From NCBI GenBank assembly GCA_044224875.1, contig JBGAJQ010000047.1, positions 1-40,308 on the forward strand: a DNA stretch of 40,308 nucleotides. The letters are read 5' to 3'. The position numbers were made by a program, and so were the translations under genes. The notes below the pieces were generated by a model, which was not told the origin of the DNA, did not search any database, and saw nothing but the letters and a program-made list of their open reading frames with translations. The stretch comes from Gemmatimonadaceae bacterium. Its GTDB lineage: Bacteria; Gemmatimonadota; Gemmatimonadetes; Gemmatimonadales; Gemmatimonadaceae. Of the stretch, positions 9,340 to 19,200 are shown one piece after another (position 1 is the stretch's first letter; each line of letters starts with the position of its first letter).

Positions 9340-10908
9340 TCAGGTCGCCGCGCGCAGCAGGTCCAACAGTGCTTCTTGCGTCCGCTCCGGACTCGGCGTA
9401 TCGGGACCCGGGTGCCATTCCGCGGAGGATCCGGCGGCCAACAGCAGTCGCGCGACGCCTACGTGGTCAGATGCGGGCGGCGCGTGGCCGCGCCCTTCCA
9501 CCGCCCACACCAACGGCGTGGCGGCAAACATGCCGTCGAGCGCGTTGACGTTGGCCCTACCAGCCAGCAGTACGCGCGTGGCTTCCACCTGCCCTGCCAT
9601 CGCCGCGCGATGCAGGGCCGTGACCCCGTCCTTGTCACCGACGTTGGGATCGAAGCCAAAGTCGAGCATCGTCTGCAATACGGCCGAGTTGCCATTCTCG
9701 GCAAACCGCTGCAACAGCAGGTGCTGTTCGCGCGTGAGCTGCTTGGTGAGCGTCGGATGCGCGGCCAACACAGATTGAGCGCCGGTACGATCGGCCTGTG
9801 CACAAAGTCCAACGAACCGTTCTAGCGGTGACAGCTCCGGTGAGGCGCCGTTCGCCAGGAGCCAAGTGGCGACGTCGGTATTGCCTGCGAGCACGGCGGT
9901 CGCATACGGCGTCTGTCCTTCGCCGTTCCGCCGCTCGAGCTCGGCCCCGCAGCGGACCAATAGTTCCACCATGGGCACATCCCAGCGCCTTGCCGCGAGG
10001 TGCAACGGTGTGTCCGTACTGCCGGGCACGTTCAGGTTCGGATTGGCGCCATGCTCCAGCAGCCAGCGTATGCCGACTGGCGTGTCGGCCCAGGTGAGGA
10101 TGTACGCCAGGGGCGGCGTGCCCCCCGCGATGCCGTCCACATTCAGGCCGAAACGATGCAACAGCTCCAACGCATCGAGGTTGCCGCCACCGGCGGCGAT
10201 GTGCGACGTTACGCCATCCGTCGCGTGAGCGCCGGCCTGCAGCAACAACTCGGCGAGTGGCAGGTGCGCCACCTCGCACACGCTCGCCCATAACGCCGTC
10301 CTCGGCAATTCCGGGTGCCACTGCCAGTGAAACTCGGCATTTGGGTTGGCGCCGAGTGACAGGAGCAGACCCGTCAGCGCCATCAAGCCCGCCACCCGTG
10401 CCGGTTCATCGCGGTGCATGCAGGTGTGCACGACGTACAGGAGAGGCTCCCATCGCTGCGGACCGCCTGACTGCCTGACGAGGTCACCGCGTCCGTTGAG
10501 CCGCTCGCTCACACCCTTCGCGTCGCCAAGGACCAGGCACGTGTGCAGGTTGGCGGTGGCGATGCGCGGGTAGAGGGCGAGTAGCCGGCGCGCTCGACCT
10601 GGGGCGCCTCCCGTCGCACTCCTGACAAAGTCGTCGACGGCCTGTTCGAACGTCAGGGTGCGCGCTTCGACTTCATCGCGCAGGGCATTCCACGAGGAAA
10701 ACCCGTACTCGCGAGCAACGGCGGATTGTGCGTCATGCATGGCAAACACCTGCCTTGCCAGCGCCGACGGCTGCAACTTTGCGAATGCTGGGAGTGCGGC
10801 CAGACGCTGCCGGGCCGTTGCGTCGCCCTCCTGTGCTGCGTGATGCAGGGCCTTGGCTTCCTTCTTCAGGAATTCGAGGCTGGGGCGTTCGGGGAGCTCA
10901 CGGGACAT
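9340..10908 (-). CDS. Ankyrin-repeat protein with an N-terminal LPxRPSLExLKKxAK / AQxxxAREYGFxSW helical domain
   Basis: Multiple ankyrin repeats (TPLHLAA, GQTPYATA..AGN, GVTALHRAA..G, TPLVWA, GANPN); start ATG 10908 with GGAGG RBS. Confidence 0.9.
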   Translation of the reverse strand: MSRELPERPSLEFLKKEAKALHHAAQEGDATARQRLAALPAFAKLQPSALARQVFAMHDAQSAVAREYGFSSWNALRDEVEARTLTFEQAVDDFVRSATGGAPGRARRLLALYPRIATANLHTCLVLGDAKGVSERLNGRGDLVRQSGGPQRWEPLLYVVHTCMHRDEPARVAGLMALTGLLLSLGANPNAEFHWQWHPELPRTALWASVCEVAHLPLAELLLQAGAHATDGVTSHIAAGGGNLDALELLHRFGLNVDGIAGGTPPLAYILTWADTPVGIRWLLEHGANPNLNVPGSTDTPLHLAARRWDVPMVELLVRCGAELERRNGEGQTPYATAVLAGNTDVATWLLANGASPELSPLERFVGLCAQADRTGAQSVLAAHPTLTKQLTREQHLLLQRFAENGNSAVLQTMLDFGFDPNVGDKDGVTALHRAAMAGQVEATRVLLAGRANVNALDGMFAATPLVWAVEGRGHAPPASDHVGVARLLLAAGSSAEWHPGPDTPSPERTQEALLDLLRAAT

Positions 10909-11032
10909 ACGACCTCCATGCTTGGGCCTGTGGTTCACAAACAGGCAGCACGGTGGTCAGAGTACCGTGAGGACTCAGGAGAGCCGGTGGGCTAGGCCCT
11001 TCGCGTGAACCCGCGGGCGCCCGAGAGCGCAC
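10909..11032 (-). ncRNA. Candidate structured cis-regulatory 5' UTR RNA (three hairpins, 7-nt loop-loop complementarity)
   Basis: Stems at 10996-11018, 10949-10969 (cacggt/accgtg) and 10926-10946 (gcctgt/acaggc); ggttcac (10932-10938) is the reverse complement of gtgaacc (11005-11011). Confidence 0.55.
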
Positions 11033-11038
11033 ACGAGC

Positions 11039-11067
11039 AGGATAGCGCGCGGTCGCAGTGCGGTCAA
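11039..11067 (-). promoter_or_regulatory. Sigma70-type promoter of the ankyrin gene
   Basis: TTGACC (11067-11062), 17 nt, TATCCT (11044-11039). Confidence 0.7.
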
Positions 11068-11073
11068 CGCTCG

Positions 11074-11550
11074 CTACGCTGGGGTTGCGCCGTCAGGATT
11101 CGATGAACTCGCCGCCCTTCGGGCCTGCGACAGGTAACCCGGTTCCAGGTTCAACAAGTTGGCGATCTTCCGCACCAGATAAGCCTCATGGTCAGCCAAC
11201 TGGCCGTCGGCAAGAATGACGCCCCACATCACCTCCGCCAAGACCATCTTCTGACCGAGGTCATATTGCTCGTTCAGGATGCGGGTGAACTGAAAGTGGT
11301 CGATCGACTTGCGCCGCTCTTCGGCGGCCAACGCGAGCAGTTCCTGGGTATCGGCGGCATTCAGCCCAAAATGCCGGCCGAGTGCTTCCTCGATACGTTG
11401 CCGTTCGACGTCGCTGAATTCCCCGTCCGCGTGGGCCAACTCCAACAACAGGGCGCAGGCAGCGAGCTGCACGCCACGTGCACCGGGTACGTCGCCGGAC
11501 GCGGTTTGACCGTCGCGTCGATTCAGGAAGGAGCGGATAGCTTCGAACAT
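11074..11550 (-). CDS. TerB family (tellurite-resistance-like) protein
   Basis: LAACALLLELAHADGEFS..E, FT..LN, MWGVILADG.LADHE.YLVRKIANLL; start moved to ATG 11550. Confidence 0.88.
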   Translation of the reverse strand: MFEAIRSFLNRRDGQTASGDVPGARGVQLAACALLLELAHADGEFSDVERQRIEEALGRHFGLNAADTQELLALAAEERRKSIDHFQFTRILNEQYDLGQKMVLAEVMWGVILADGQLADHEAYLVRKIANLLNLEPGYLSQARRAASSSNPDGATPA

Positions 11551-11759
11551 CGATGAAATGTGCGTAGCGCACCGCGCCAACGGCAATCGGTCACGTTCGT
11601 CGGGGGAGAGCCACCCCGCCGCGTGATAACGCTCGTCACCTTGCTGCCATCAATGAGCACACGATTGGCGATTAGGTCGTACTCCGTCCCAACACCCACC
11701 ACGCGCGTCGGTCCGGAGGGGCCGGCAACCCCATGCGGAGCAAGGTGTGCATTCGATGC

Positions 11760-12308
11760 CTATCGCTGCGGCGCATACTGGAGGACGACCGTACCGGAGG
11801 CGAACTCGCGCCGACTCACGAGTCGCAAGTCGACCACGTTCGAGAGCCCGTCCAGCAACTTTGGCCCATGGCCCGCGATCCGTGGATGTACGAGGAAGAC
11901 ATACTCGTCGATCAACCCCAGCTGGGCCAATGCGCGCGGAAGGGTGACGCCGCCAAGCAGCATCCCGTTCCCTGGCTGGGCTTTGAGGTGCCTAACGGCT
12001 GTGCCAAGATCTCCCTGCAACACCTCGCTGTTCCAGTCCAGAGCGCCCAAGGTACTGGAGACCACGTACTTCTTTGCCTTGTTGATCGTCCGGGCAAATG
12101 GCTCCGTCCAATCTGGCCTGGTGCCAGGAGGCACGGGGTGACGCCACCCAGCCTCCATCATTTCATAGGTCACGCGGCCAAAGAGCAGCGCGTCGGCCCA
12201 CGCAACGTTCTCCATGGCATGGCGATGCAGCTCTTCATCGGGAATCATCACGCGATGATCGCAGCATCCGTCCAAGGTGACGTTGATTGAATATCGGAGG
12301 GGTCGCAT
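11760..12308 (-). CDS. Dihydrofolate reductase family / RibD C-terminal domain protein
   Basis: SINVTLDG, LLFGRVTYE, KKYVVSSTL, LIDEY.F.VHP...G.G..L. Confidence 0.9.
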   Translation of the reverse strand: MRPLRYSINVTLDGCCDHRVMIPDEELHRHAMENVAWADALLFGRVTYEMMEAGWRHPVPPGTRPDWTEPFARTINKAKKYVVSSTLGALDWNSEVLQGDLGTAVRHLKAQPGNGMLLGGVTLPRALAQLGLIDEYVFLVHPRIAGHGPKLLDGLSNVVDLRLVSRREFASGTVVLQYAPQR

Positions 12309-12314
12309 GGCGTA

Positions 12315-12343
12315 ACGGTACTCCCCGCTGGGTGATGTGGCAA
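12315..12343 (-). promoter_or_regulatory. Sigma70-type promoter giving a probable leaderless transcript
   Basis: TTGCCA (12343-12338), 17 nt, TACCGT (12320-12315), 6 nt, ATG (12308). Confidence 0.6.
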
Positions 12344-12412
12344 TCCAAGAAGGTGCTAGCTTTCACTCTTCGCTTTCGACCACTCGCTCCATCCGCCACC
12401 GTGGTATTCGCC

Positions 12413-13363
12413 ATGGCAAACACGACTACACGCCGCGGGTTCATTCGTCCCCGCATACGCCCTGTGTGCCTCATCCCATTGTTGCAGGTGCTGAGCATCC
12501 TTGTGTCGCTCCAGGCAGAGGCGCAGGGTCAGGCGCAGGCTCTCAACTGGTCAGCGGACGACTCCTCGCGTGTGGTGTTGCTGCGAAGCAACGGGCAGTC
12601 TGTCACGGGCCGGCATGCCGTCCTCTGGGCACCCAAGGACTCCATCTCGAATGACTCGTTGCGCAAGGTACTCGCGGGCATCGACACAAATCTGGAGATG
12701 GTGAAGCGTCTGATTCACGCGCCGTTGCCATGGCAGCGACTGGCCAACCGACCCGTCGTGTTCTACTTCGCGCCAGATCGCTTCATCTCACACGCCTCGG
12801 GCCAAGGCGACGTATTTATTTCATTTTGGCGCGTGGGCGCGAACAAGGCCCCGTTCATACACGAGGCCCTGCACGAGATCCTCGCCCCGCAACCGCCGTT
12901 CAGTCCATGGGAGTTTCCCGACTCCGCACAGCAGCTACAACGCGCCGAGTCGTCGCCGTTGTGGCTGCTCGAAGGCTTGCCGGATTACCTCGCGCAAGTC
13001 GCGGCATCCCGGACAGGCGTGCCCGAGGGTGACATCTTTGAAGCTGGCGGGCCGGCAACCATCGATAGCGTGTGTGCCGCACGTGTGCGCGCTAACCCTG
13101 CCGTCGCCGCGGCCATCCAGGCGGTGGGACGTAGCGGCCGACCGCCGCAACTCTTCACGACGGAACGCAGTACGGTCGCTCCCGTGTTCTATCCGTGCAG
13201 TCATTCGTTCACGAAACACCTCGCGGACAAGGTCGGCATCGCCGGCGTCGTCGCGCTTTTTCCGGCGATCAGGGAAGGCGACTGGCAGGCAGCACTCACC
13301 GCACGCGCGGGCCCCTTAGGTGAGTTGCGGGGGGAGTGGGCGCGACGCCTCGGGATACCCTAG
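12413..13363 (+). CDS. Exported gluzincin-like (peptidase MA-like) metalloprotein
   Basis: Signal peptide ending AEA-Q; HEALH followed by WLLEGLPDY (third-ligand Glu); start uncertain. Confidence 0.65.
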   Translation: MANTTTRRGFIRPRIRPVCLIPLLQVLSILVSLQAEAQGQAQALNWSADDSSRVVLLRSNGQSVTGRHAVLWAPKDSISNDSLRKVLAGIDTNLEMVKRLIHAPLPWQRLANRPVVFYFAPDRFISHASGQGDVFISFWRVGANKAPFIHEALHEILAPQPPFSPWEFPDSAQQLQRAESSPLWLLEGLPDYLAQVAASRTGVPEGDIFEAGGPATIDSVCAARVRANPAVAAAIQAVGRSGRPPQLFTTERSTVAPVFYPCSHSFTKHLADKVGIAGVVALFPAIREGDWQAALTARAGPLGELRGEWARRLGIP

Positions 13364-13467
13364 AGGTAGGAAGAACTTCCCACCGAGGAGTAGAGCGCGC
13401 TGAGCAGTCGAGTCGCTCTGTGCAACCGACGCGGCCGTGGGTGCGTCCGCTGGCGCCTCCTGACTCG

Positions 13468-13878
13468 TCAGGGCACTGATTTCCAGCGATCGCCGGGTTT
13501 GATCAGGTAGTGTTCGATCACGTAGCGCCACGGAATGACCAGCGGCACAATCACGCCCATGAGGATTGACGGCGCGTTGGCCGCGGTATCCGGGTCGATC
13601 GTGTTCCCCAGCCACCTGGGAACCAGCACGGCCAGCACCCAGATCAACTTCCACGCGAACTCGAACAGCAGCAACGGTATCATCTGCAAGGGATACCGTA
13701 TACCGAGCACCGCCACGAGTGCCATGGCCCCAAGCATGCTGGCGCCGATCGCATGCCAGAACGGCAACGACGCCGCGCGTGTGAAGAGGACTGGGAACTG
13801 GAGCGACCCCTGCCCCACGAACATCAACGCGTAGAGCGCACGCAGGAGGTAGAGGCGCGGTGTGGAAACGACCGCCAT
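13468..13878 (-). CDS. Conserved hypothetical membrane protein (about 4 TM)
   Basis: 136 aa from ATG 13878: STPRLYLLRALY, LGIRYPLQMIPLLLFE..WKLIW, VIPWRYV. Confidence 0.75.
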   Translation of the reverse strand: MAVVSTPRLYLLRALYALMFVGQGSLQFPVLFTRAASLPFWHAIGASMLGAMALVAVLGIRYPLQMIPLLLFEFAWKLIWVLAVLVPRWLGNTIDPDTAANAPSILMGVIVPLVIPWRYVIEHYLIKPGDRWKSVP

Positions 13879-13933
13879 AAGGAGCTTGTCGCTGAAATGA
13901 GGAATACCGTGACAACGTATGGGATTCCAATAC

Positions 13934-13960
13934 GACGGGCGCGGGGGCGCCAAAGTTTCA
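13934..13960 (-). promoter_or_regulatory. Candidate ECF-sigma promoter
   Basis: TGAAAC (13960-13955), 17 nt, CGTC (13937-13934), about 55 nt upstream of ATG 13878; AAC/CGT pattern typical of ECF promoters. Confidence 0.4.
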
Positions 13961-14082
13961 ACGGGATCGCCCGCCCCTGCAATCTGCTGCGAATGGCTAC
14001 TTTTGTGGGCACGCCCTAGGGTGGCCGAGCGAATGAAACTCGCTCCCGCCGATGAAACGCGCTCCCGGCGCGAAGTCGACTG

Positions 14083-14466
14083 CTACTTCGGGGGCTCGCG
14101 CTTCCCCGTGAACGACGCGCTCCCCATCCCACCCATCTCCATCGACCCCTTCACGTTGTCCTTGTCCACCAGCAGGCCAACAAATGTGAAGTCCGGCATC
14201 CCATCGCTCGCCGCCTTCATCGTCAGCCGCAACGTGTCTCCCTTCAAGGTCCCGTCCAATGGGCGCAGGCCGAGTCGCGACGACTCGTACGTCCCCGTCA
14301 CCTTGTCGCCATCCTGCTTCAGCGTGACGGTCGGGTAACCGGTGCCGTTCTCCGTCGTGACGGCGAACGCCCACTTGCCGGTCACATCGCGGGTGGATTG
14401 TTGCGCCGCGGCAGTGGCGAGAGGCCACAACAGGGCGGCGAGGAGAAGGCGAAATGACAATCGCAT
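14083..14466 (-). CDS. Small secreted beta-rich hypothetical protein
   Basis: 127 aa from ATG 14466; signal peptide ending AAA-Q; DVTGKW..., TLKQDGDKVTGTY, ...FTGKR pattern. Confidence 0.75.
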   Translation of the reverse strand: MRLSFRLLLAALLWPLATAAAQQSTRDVTGKWAFAVTTENGTGYPTVTLKQDGDKVTGTYESSRLGLRPLDGTLKGDTLRLTMKAASDGMPDFTFVGLLVDKDNVKGSMEMGGMGSASFTGKREPPK

Positions 14467-14541
14467 GGATGACCTGGAAGACGTTGGAGTTCGGATCCTA
14501 ATGGTAATGCGGGGAGGTGCGGTGGCGCATGGACTCGCCCC

Positions 14542-14568
14542 TGTCCAATCTCCGCGCCTTCGCGCGTC
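14542..14568 (+). promoter_or_regulatory. Candidate ECF42-type autoregulatory promoter
   Basis: TGTCCA (14542-14547), 17 nt, CGTC (14565-14568); one mismatch to the TGTCGA/CG(A/T)C consensus recalled for ECF42. Confidence 0.35.
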
Positions 14569-14646
14569 TATGCAGGCACCCGTCCGCAGGACTCCTGCCG
14601 CACACTGACTGATCTGTACCAACACGCACACTTCACGGAGCATCAG

Positions 14647-14982
14647 ATGCCCAAGTACCTCTGCCTGCAAAGGCGCCTGCCAAGCCCCGCCAGCGAGAAG
14701 CCATCACCTGCGCAAATGCAGGAGATGTACGCGCGATTCACGGCATGGCAGGAGAAGTTCAAGGATCAGCTCCTTGACCCGGGAGGCCGGCTTGGTGGCG
14801 GTAAGATGGTCACCGCCGGTCGAGCGCCCGATGGCCCTCTCGTAGAGGTGAAGGAACTCGTGGGTGGTTTCATGATCGTATCGGCCACTGATCTGGACGC
14901 GGCAGAACAGGTCGCCCGAGAGTGCCCCGGCCTCGTCGGGCCAGGATCCGGCGTCGAAATCATCGAGATCCGTTCTCCTTGA
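14647..14982 (+). CDS. YciI/DGPF family protein
   Basis: 111 aa, MPKYL, DGPLVEVKELVGGFMIV.A.DLD.A...A..CP, VEIIEI. Confidence 0.88.
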   Translation: MPKYLCLQRRLPSPASEKPSPAQMQEMYARFTAWQEKFKDQLLDPGGRLGGGKMVTAGRAPDGPLVEVKELVGGFMIVSATDLDAAEQVARECPGLVGPGSGVEIIEIRSP

Positions 14983-16250
14983 GTAGTGATCGCCTCGTCG
15001 AGCACTTCTTCCGCCACGAGTACGGGCGGCTGGTCGCCCGCCTGACGAGGCGCTTCGGCGTTCACCAGCTCGAACTCGCCGAAGATAGCGCACAGACGGC
15101 ACTCCTCGCGGCGGTAAAGGCGTGGCCGCGCGAGGGGCCGCCCGATGCGCTTTCCGCTTGGGCTTACCGCGTGGCGCTCAACCATGCGCTGGGCACCCTC
15201 AGGCAGGACCGACGGAGGGAACGCCTGCTCGAGAGTGAACCGGCGGCGATTGTTGCAGCTACCGACAGCGAGCCTGTGGGCCAAGTCGACGATGACCTAC
15301 TGCGCATGCTGTTCGCGTGCTGCGACGAGCGCATCCCATTTGACTCGCAGCAAGTCCTGGCACTCAAGACGCTCTGCGGATTCTCCACCGCGGAAATCGC
15401 CGCCAGGCTCACGCTCAGCGAGGCCAACGTGCACAAGCGCCTAGGCCGCGCGCGGGAACGCCTGCGTCAAGCCGACTTTTCGCTCCCGGACTCCTTCACC
15501 CCCGCCGAGATCGCTCGCAAACGACCGGCCGTACACCAGGTGCTGTACGTGTTGTTTGCCGAGGGACACCTGTCGTCGCATCCCGAGTATGCCATTCGGC
15601 GAGAGCTGTGTGCAGAAGCCATTCGGCTCGCGACCCTCATGGCCGAACGGGACGCGGCTCCCGCGTCCTGCGCGCTCGTCGCGCTCATGCACTTGCACGC
15701 AGCGCGAATGTCCTCACGGATTGACGCGCGCATCGGGCTCCTCCTGCTGGAAGAGCAAGACCGCGCCGGCTGGGACGCTCGTCAGATCCAACTCGGCTTG
15801 TCGTGGCTGGCGACGGCGGCGCAAGGGAACGAGTTCTCGCGATATCACGCGGAGGCCGGTATCGCAGCTGAACACTGCCTGGCGCCGGATCTGGCGTCGA
15901 CGCGGTGGGAAAAGATTGTCGAGTACTATGCGCTGCTCGAACGCGTCGCTCCGTCCCCTCTCCACGCGCTGGGTCGGGCCATTGCGATCGCTGAGTGGCA
16001 AGGTCCGCGCGCAGGGTTGGATATGCTGGCTGCGGTTGGCGCTCCGACGTGGGCGACTGAGCGCTACGAGTGGTCCGCGGTGCTCGCGGATCTCTATCGC
16101 CGTTGCGGGGATGGCGTGGCGGCACACCGACACGCCGCGGCTGCAATCGCCACGGCGCCGAGTGAGGCAGTTCGGATCCTTCTTCGTCGGCGTTTGAACG
16201 GGCGAGAAGTCGCGCACCCGCTCACTCGCCACCCTGCTCCACGCGCTTGA
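14979..16250 (+). CDS. ECF sigma-70 factor with C-terminal TPR-like extension (ECF42 / DUF6596 type)
   Basis: EHFFRHEYGRLVA.L, AED..Q.A, DDLLRMLFACC, LKTLCGFST.EIA, LY.LF.EG, LEEQDR..WD, SRYH.EA.IAAEH; TTG start overlaps the YciI stop. Confidence 0.9.
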   Translation: MSSDRLVEHFFRHEYGRLVARLTRRFGVHQLELAEDSAQTALLAAVKAWPREGPPDALSAWAYRVALNHALGTLRQDRRRERLLESEPAAIVAATDSEPVGQVDDDLLRMLFACCDERIPFDSQQVLALKTLCGFSTAEIAARLTLSEANVHKRLGRARERLRQADFSLPDSFTPAEIARKRPAVHQVLYVLFAEGHLSSHPEYAIRRELCAEAIRLATLMAERDAAPASCALVALMHLHAARMSSRIDARIGLLLLEEQDRAGWDARQIQLGLSWLATAAQGNEFSRYHAEAGIAAEHCLAPDLASTRWEKIVEYYALLERVAPSPLHALGRAIAIAEWQGPRAGLDMLAAVGAPTWATERYEWSAVLADLYRRCGDGVAAHRHAAAAIATAPSEAVRILLRRRLNGREVAHPLTRHPAPRA

Positions 16251-19200
16251 CGCCGGCGGAGGCTCGTTCGCGCAACGTCCGAACCTCTTCGCCCCCTCGT
16301 TCCCAATACTGGAGCACGAAGCGATAGTACGTCGCCGCCTCCACGCTACGACGCTCCTCCAGGAGTTCCGCGAGCTCCAACGCCGAAAGACCGGAGTAGA
16401 AACTGAACCAGGCCGTCGGAGGCACCAGGGACCGAAAGATTGCCTCCGCCGAGTCTCGTTGCCCACTGGCGCGATACAGACTCGCCAGATGAAAGCGCAT
16501 CGCGGGCTCTGGCGTTGCCTCGGAAATGTTCTCCGTGTGCACGGGCCAGAGGTCATACGCGCGCTTGGCTTGCACGAGCGCCTCGGACCGGTCGTTCCGC
16601 CGCACGGCGAGACGTGCCCGCACATCCGATTCGAGCGCGGCAGGAAAGTCGAAGGATGCCCGGCCTCTGTTCAACCTGCCGAGTATGGTCGCCCAGCGAA
16701 GGGCCAGGCTGGTATCGCCGTGAGTGGCATGGTAGGCCGCCAGTTGCCAGCCGTACCAGTACACGTCTCGACGGCCCTGGAGCGCAAGCGCCGAGTCGAT
16801 GGGCATGAACGCCTCGAGCACCCGCCGAGCATCGCGTGCGTCGCCCTCGGCCGCACTGCCGGCGATCCTCGCCGCGAGCATGAGCCGTTCCAATGACAGG
16901 TCGTTGCGCGCGCCCAGTTGGTCGGCGACGACACGCCGGATCGAGTCGGCCACTGACCCCCGACCTTCGGTCAGCATCAACCGAACGAGCCCGCTGTTAG
17001 GCGCCATGGCAATCGGATCGCCCTGCCAGCGATGGCGCAAACGCACGAGGAGCGTCTCGGCGAACACTGGTCGCGTGCGGGTTAGCGTTCGTACGACGCT
17101 GATGGCGGCGGCCGGCGGCGCGCTGGTGGCGCGATCGATAATGCTTGGTAGCTCGGCGTCCGTCGCGAGCGTGGCATCGATCGCCATCATGACGGCCTGC
17201 ACAGCCAGTACCGTGGTGTCCGTCCGCGCCAGTCGCTGTCGCTGTTGCCGGAGATCCCGCGGCTCCGCCGCCGCGACGGCGAGCCAAGCTCGCGTGTAGA
17301 GTGCCGACACGTACGTCGAGTCCAAGCGGACCGCGCGTTCGGACGCCTCGATGGCGTCTCGGAGGGTCGCGCCATACTGCCAGCCGTAGGCCCAGCGCAC
17401 ATACGCCAGGCTCGACCACGCGGCGAGGTTGCTGCTGTCGATCTGGATCAATCGCAGTTGCGCGTTCTCGGCGCGCTGGCCCTGCGTGCTGACCGACGCC
17501 AGGAGTCCCTCTGCACGTAGTCGATGCGGTTCACCTAACGCGCGCGTGCGCTCGACGGCACGCCTGGCAACATCGTTGAGGAAGAACCCCTGCCCTCTTA
17601 TGCTCGCCGACATCGTCTTCACCATACCCGCCTCGGTGAGGGCCAGCCCGAAGTTCGAGTCGAGGGCCACGGCCCGGTCGATGGCGACGTCCGCGCTATC
17701 GAACATACCGCGACGCATCGCTTCCTTTGCCGACAAGTATGCCTTCAACGCCGTTGCCGAGGTCGTGGCGTTGGCCTCGACAGGGCCAACCGCATTGCGC
17801 GTCACACTTGCCATCTGCGCGATGAGTGCAACGGCCAGCTCTTGTGACAGGCTGAGGACGCTGTCGGTACTGGCTTCACGAGTGAGCGAGAGCTGCGGAT
17901 CGGCGCTCCCGACGCGGTAGAGCCGGGCGGCGACGTTGAGCCGACCGCGTTCAGCCATGAGTGAGCCAATGACATACCAGTTGGCGCCCGTCTTTCGCGC
18001 GAGGGCTTCTGCCTCTTGGACCTCCGGGTTGCGTGCTCTATCGGACGGCCGCTCGCGGAGGTCTCGCCACCCGGACCACGGGTCGACAACGCGAAGCCCC
18101 GGTGTCCCTTCGATCGTCGTTGCCAGAAGGTCAGGCAGCGCTTCCGACCAGCTCGCGGCCTCAGCGACGGTGGCCCGGAACGGGAGGACGAGCAGACCCA
18201 CCGCATCGGGAGTTCGTCGAGGGCGCAGGGCTGGAATCAGGGCGACGATCGCCGCCACGACACCCACGGCGGCCACCAGCCACCGGCGTCGGCTCGACCA
18301 CGCGGAGCGCACCGGCTGCCACGTTAGGCGACGATGATACTCCGCGGCCAACCCGGCATTTGGGTCCGTGGCTGCCCGGCGCCCGAGTGCATCGGCTGCG
18401 CGGCGATGAAGGTGGTTCAGGGTTGGATCGTCGAGTGCCCCCACGACCGTGCGTCGCAACAGGTCATGCGCAAATTCGAACGCACCGGGGTGCGTCGGGG
18501 CATGACGCAACATGCGTCGGGTGATGAGTTCGTCGAGGCCCGCCGCCAGCACGCCAGGCGACATTCCCGTCAGGTCGGCGAGGAGATCGGCATCGACAGG
18601 CGTCCGAAAGACCGACGCGGCGTCGAGCAACTTGCGCGAGTCGGGGTCCACGCGAGTGAGGCGTACGAGCAGTGCTTCGCGCACGCCCGGCGGCACTGGC
18701 AGCTCGCTGATGTCCGTCGTCGCACTTGCGCGCCACTCGCCGCGCTCATTGGGGGCGAGCCATCCATCGTCGACCAGCGCCGACGTCAGCTCGGTGACGT
18801 AGTAGGGGTTACCCCCGGTCTCGTGGTGGAGCCTGGCGGCGAGTGCCCACCGGTCCTTCTCCGGCATCACCAACATCGACGCCAGCATCGCGTCGACATG
18901 GCGGTCCGTGAGTGGTTGCAGCTTCAACCGACGCACCGACCGAAGCGTCGACGCGGTGCGCGACAGGGACGCAAAGGCCGGAGTTCCCGAAGCAGCCGTG
19001 AGCAAGAGCAACACGTGGCTCGGTGCGTGCTTCACCAGGTCGACGAGGAGGTCGAGGGTGGCCGCGTCGGCATCTGGAGCGTCGTCGAGGAAAACAAGGA
19101 CTGGCAGCTCTTCTCCGACAGCCGCAACAATCTGACCCAGCGCCGCCGCCAGCGCCGACGGCGTTGTCGGGGCGCGTGGAAGGGATGGAAAGACGTCGTC

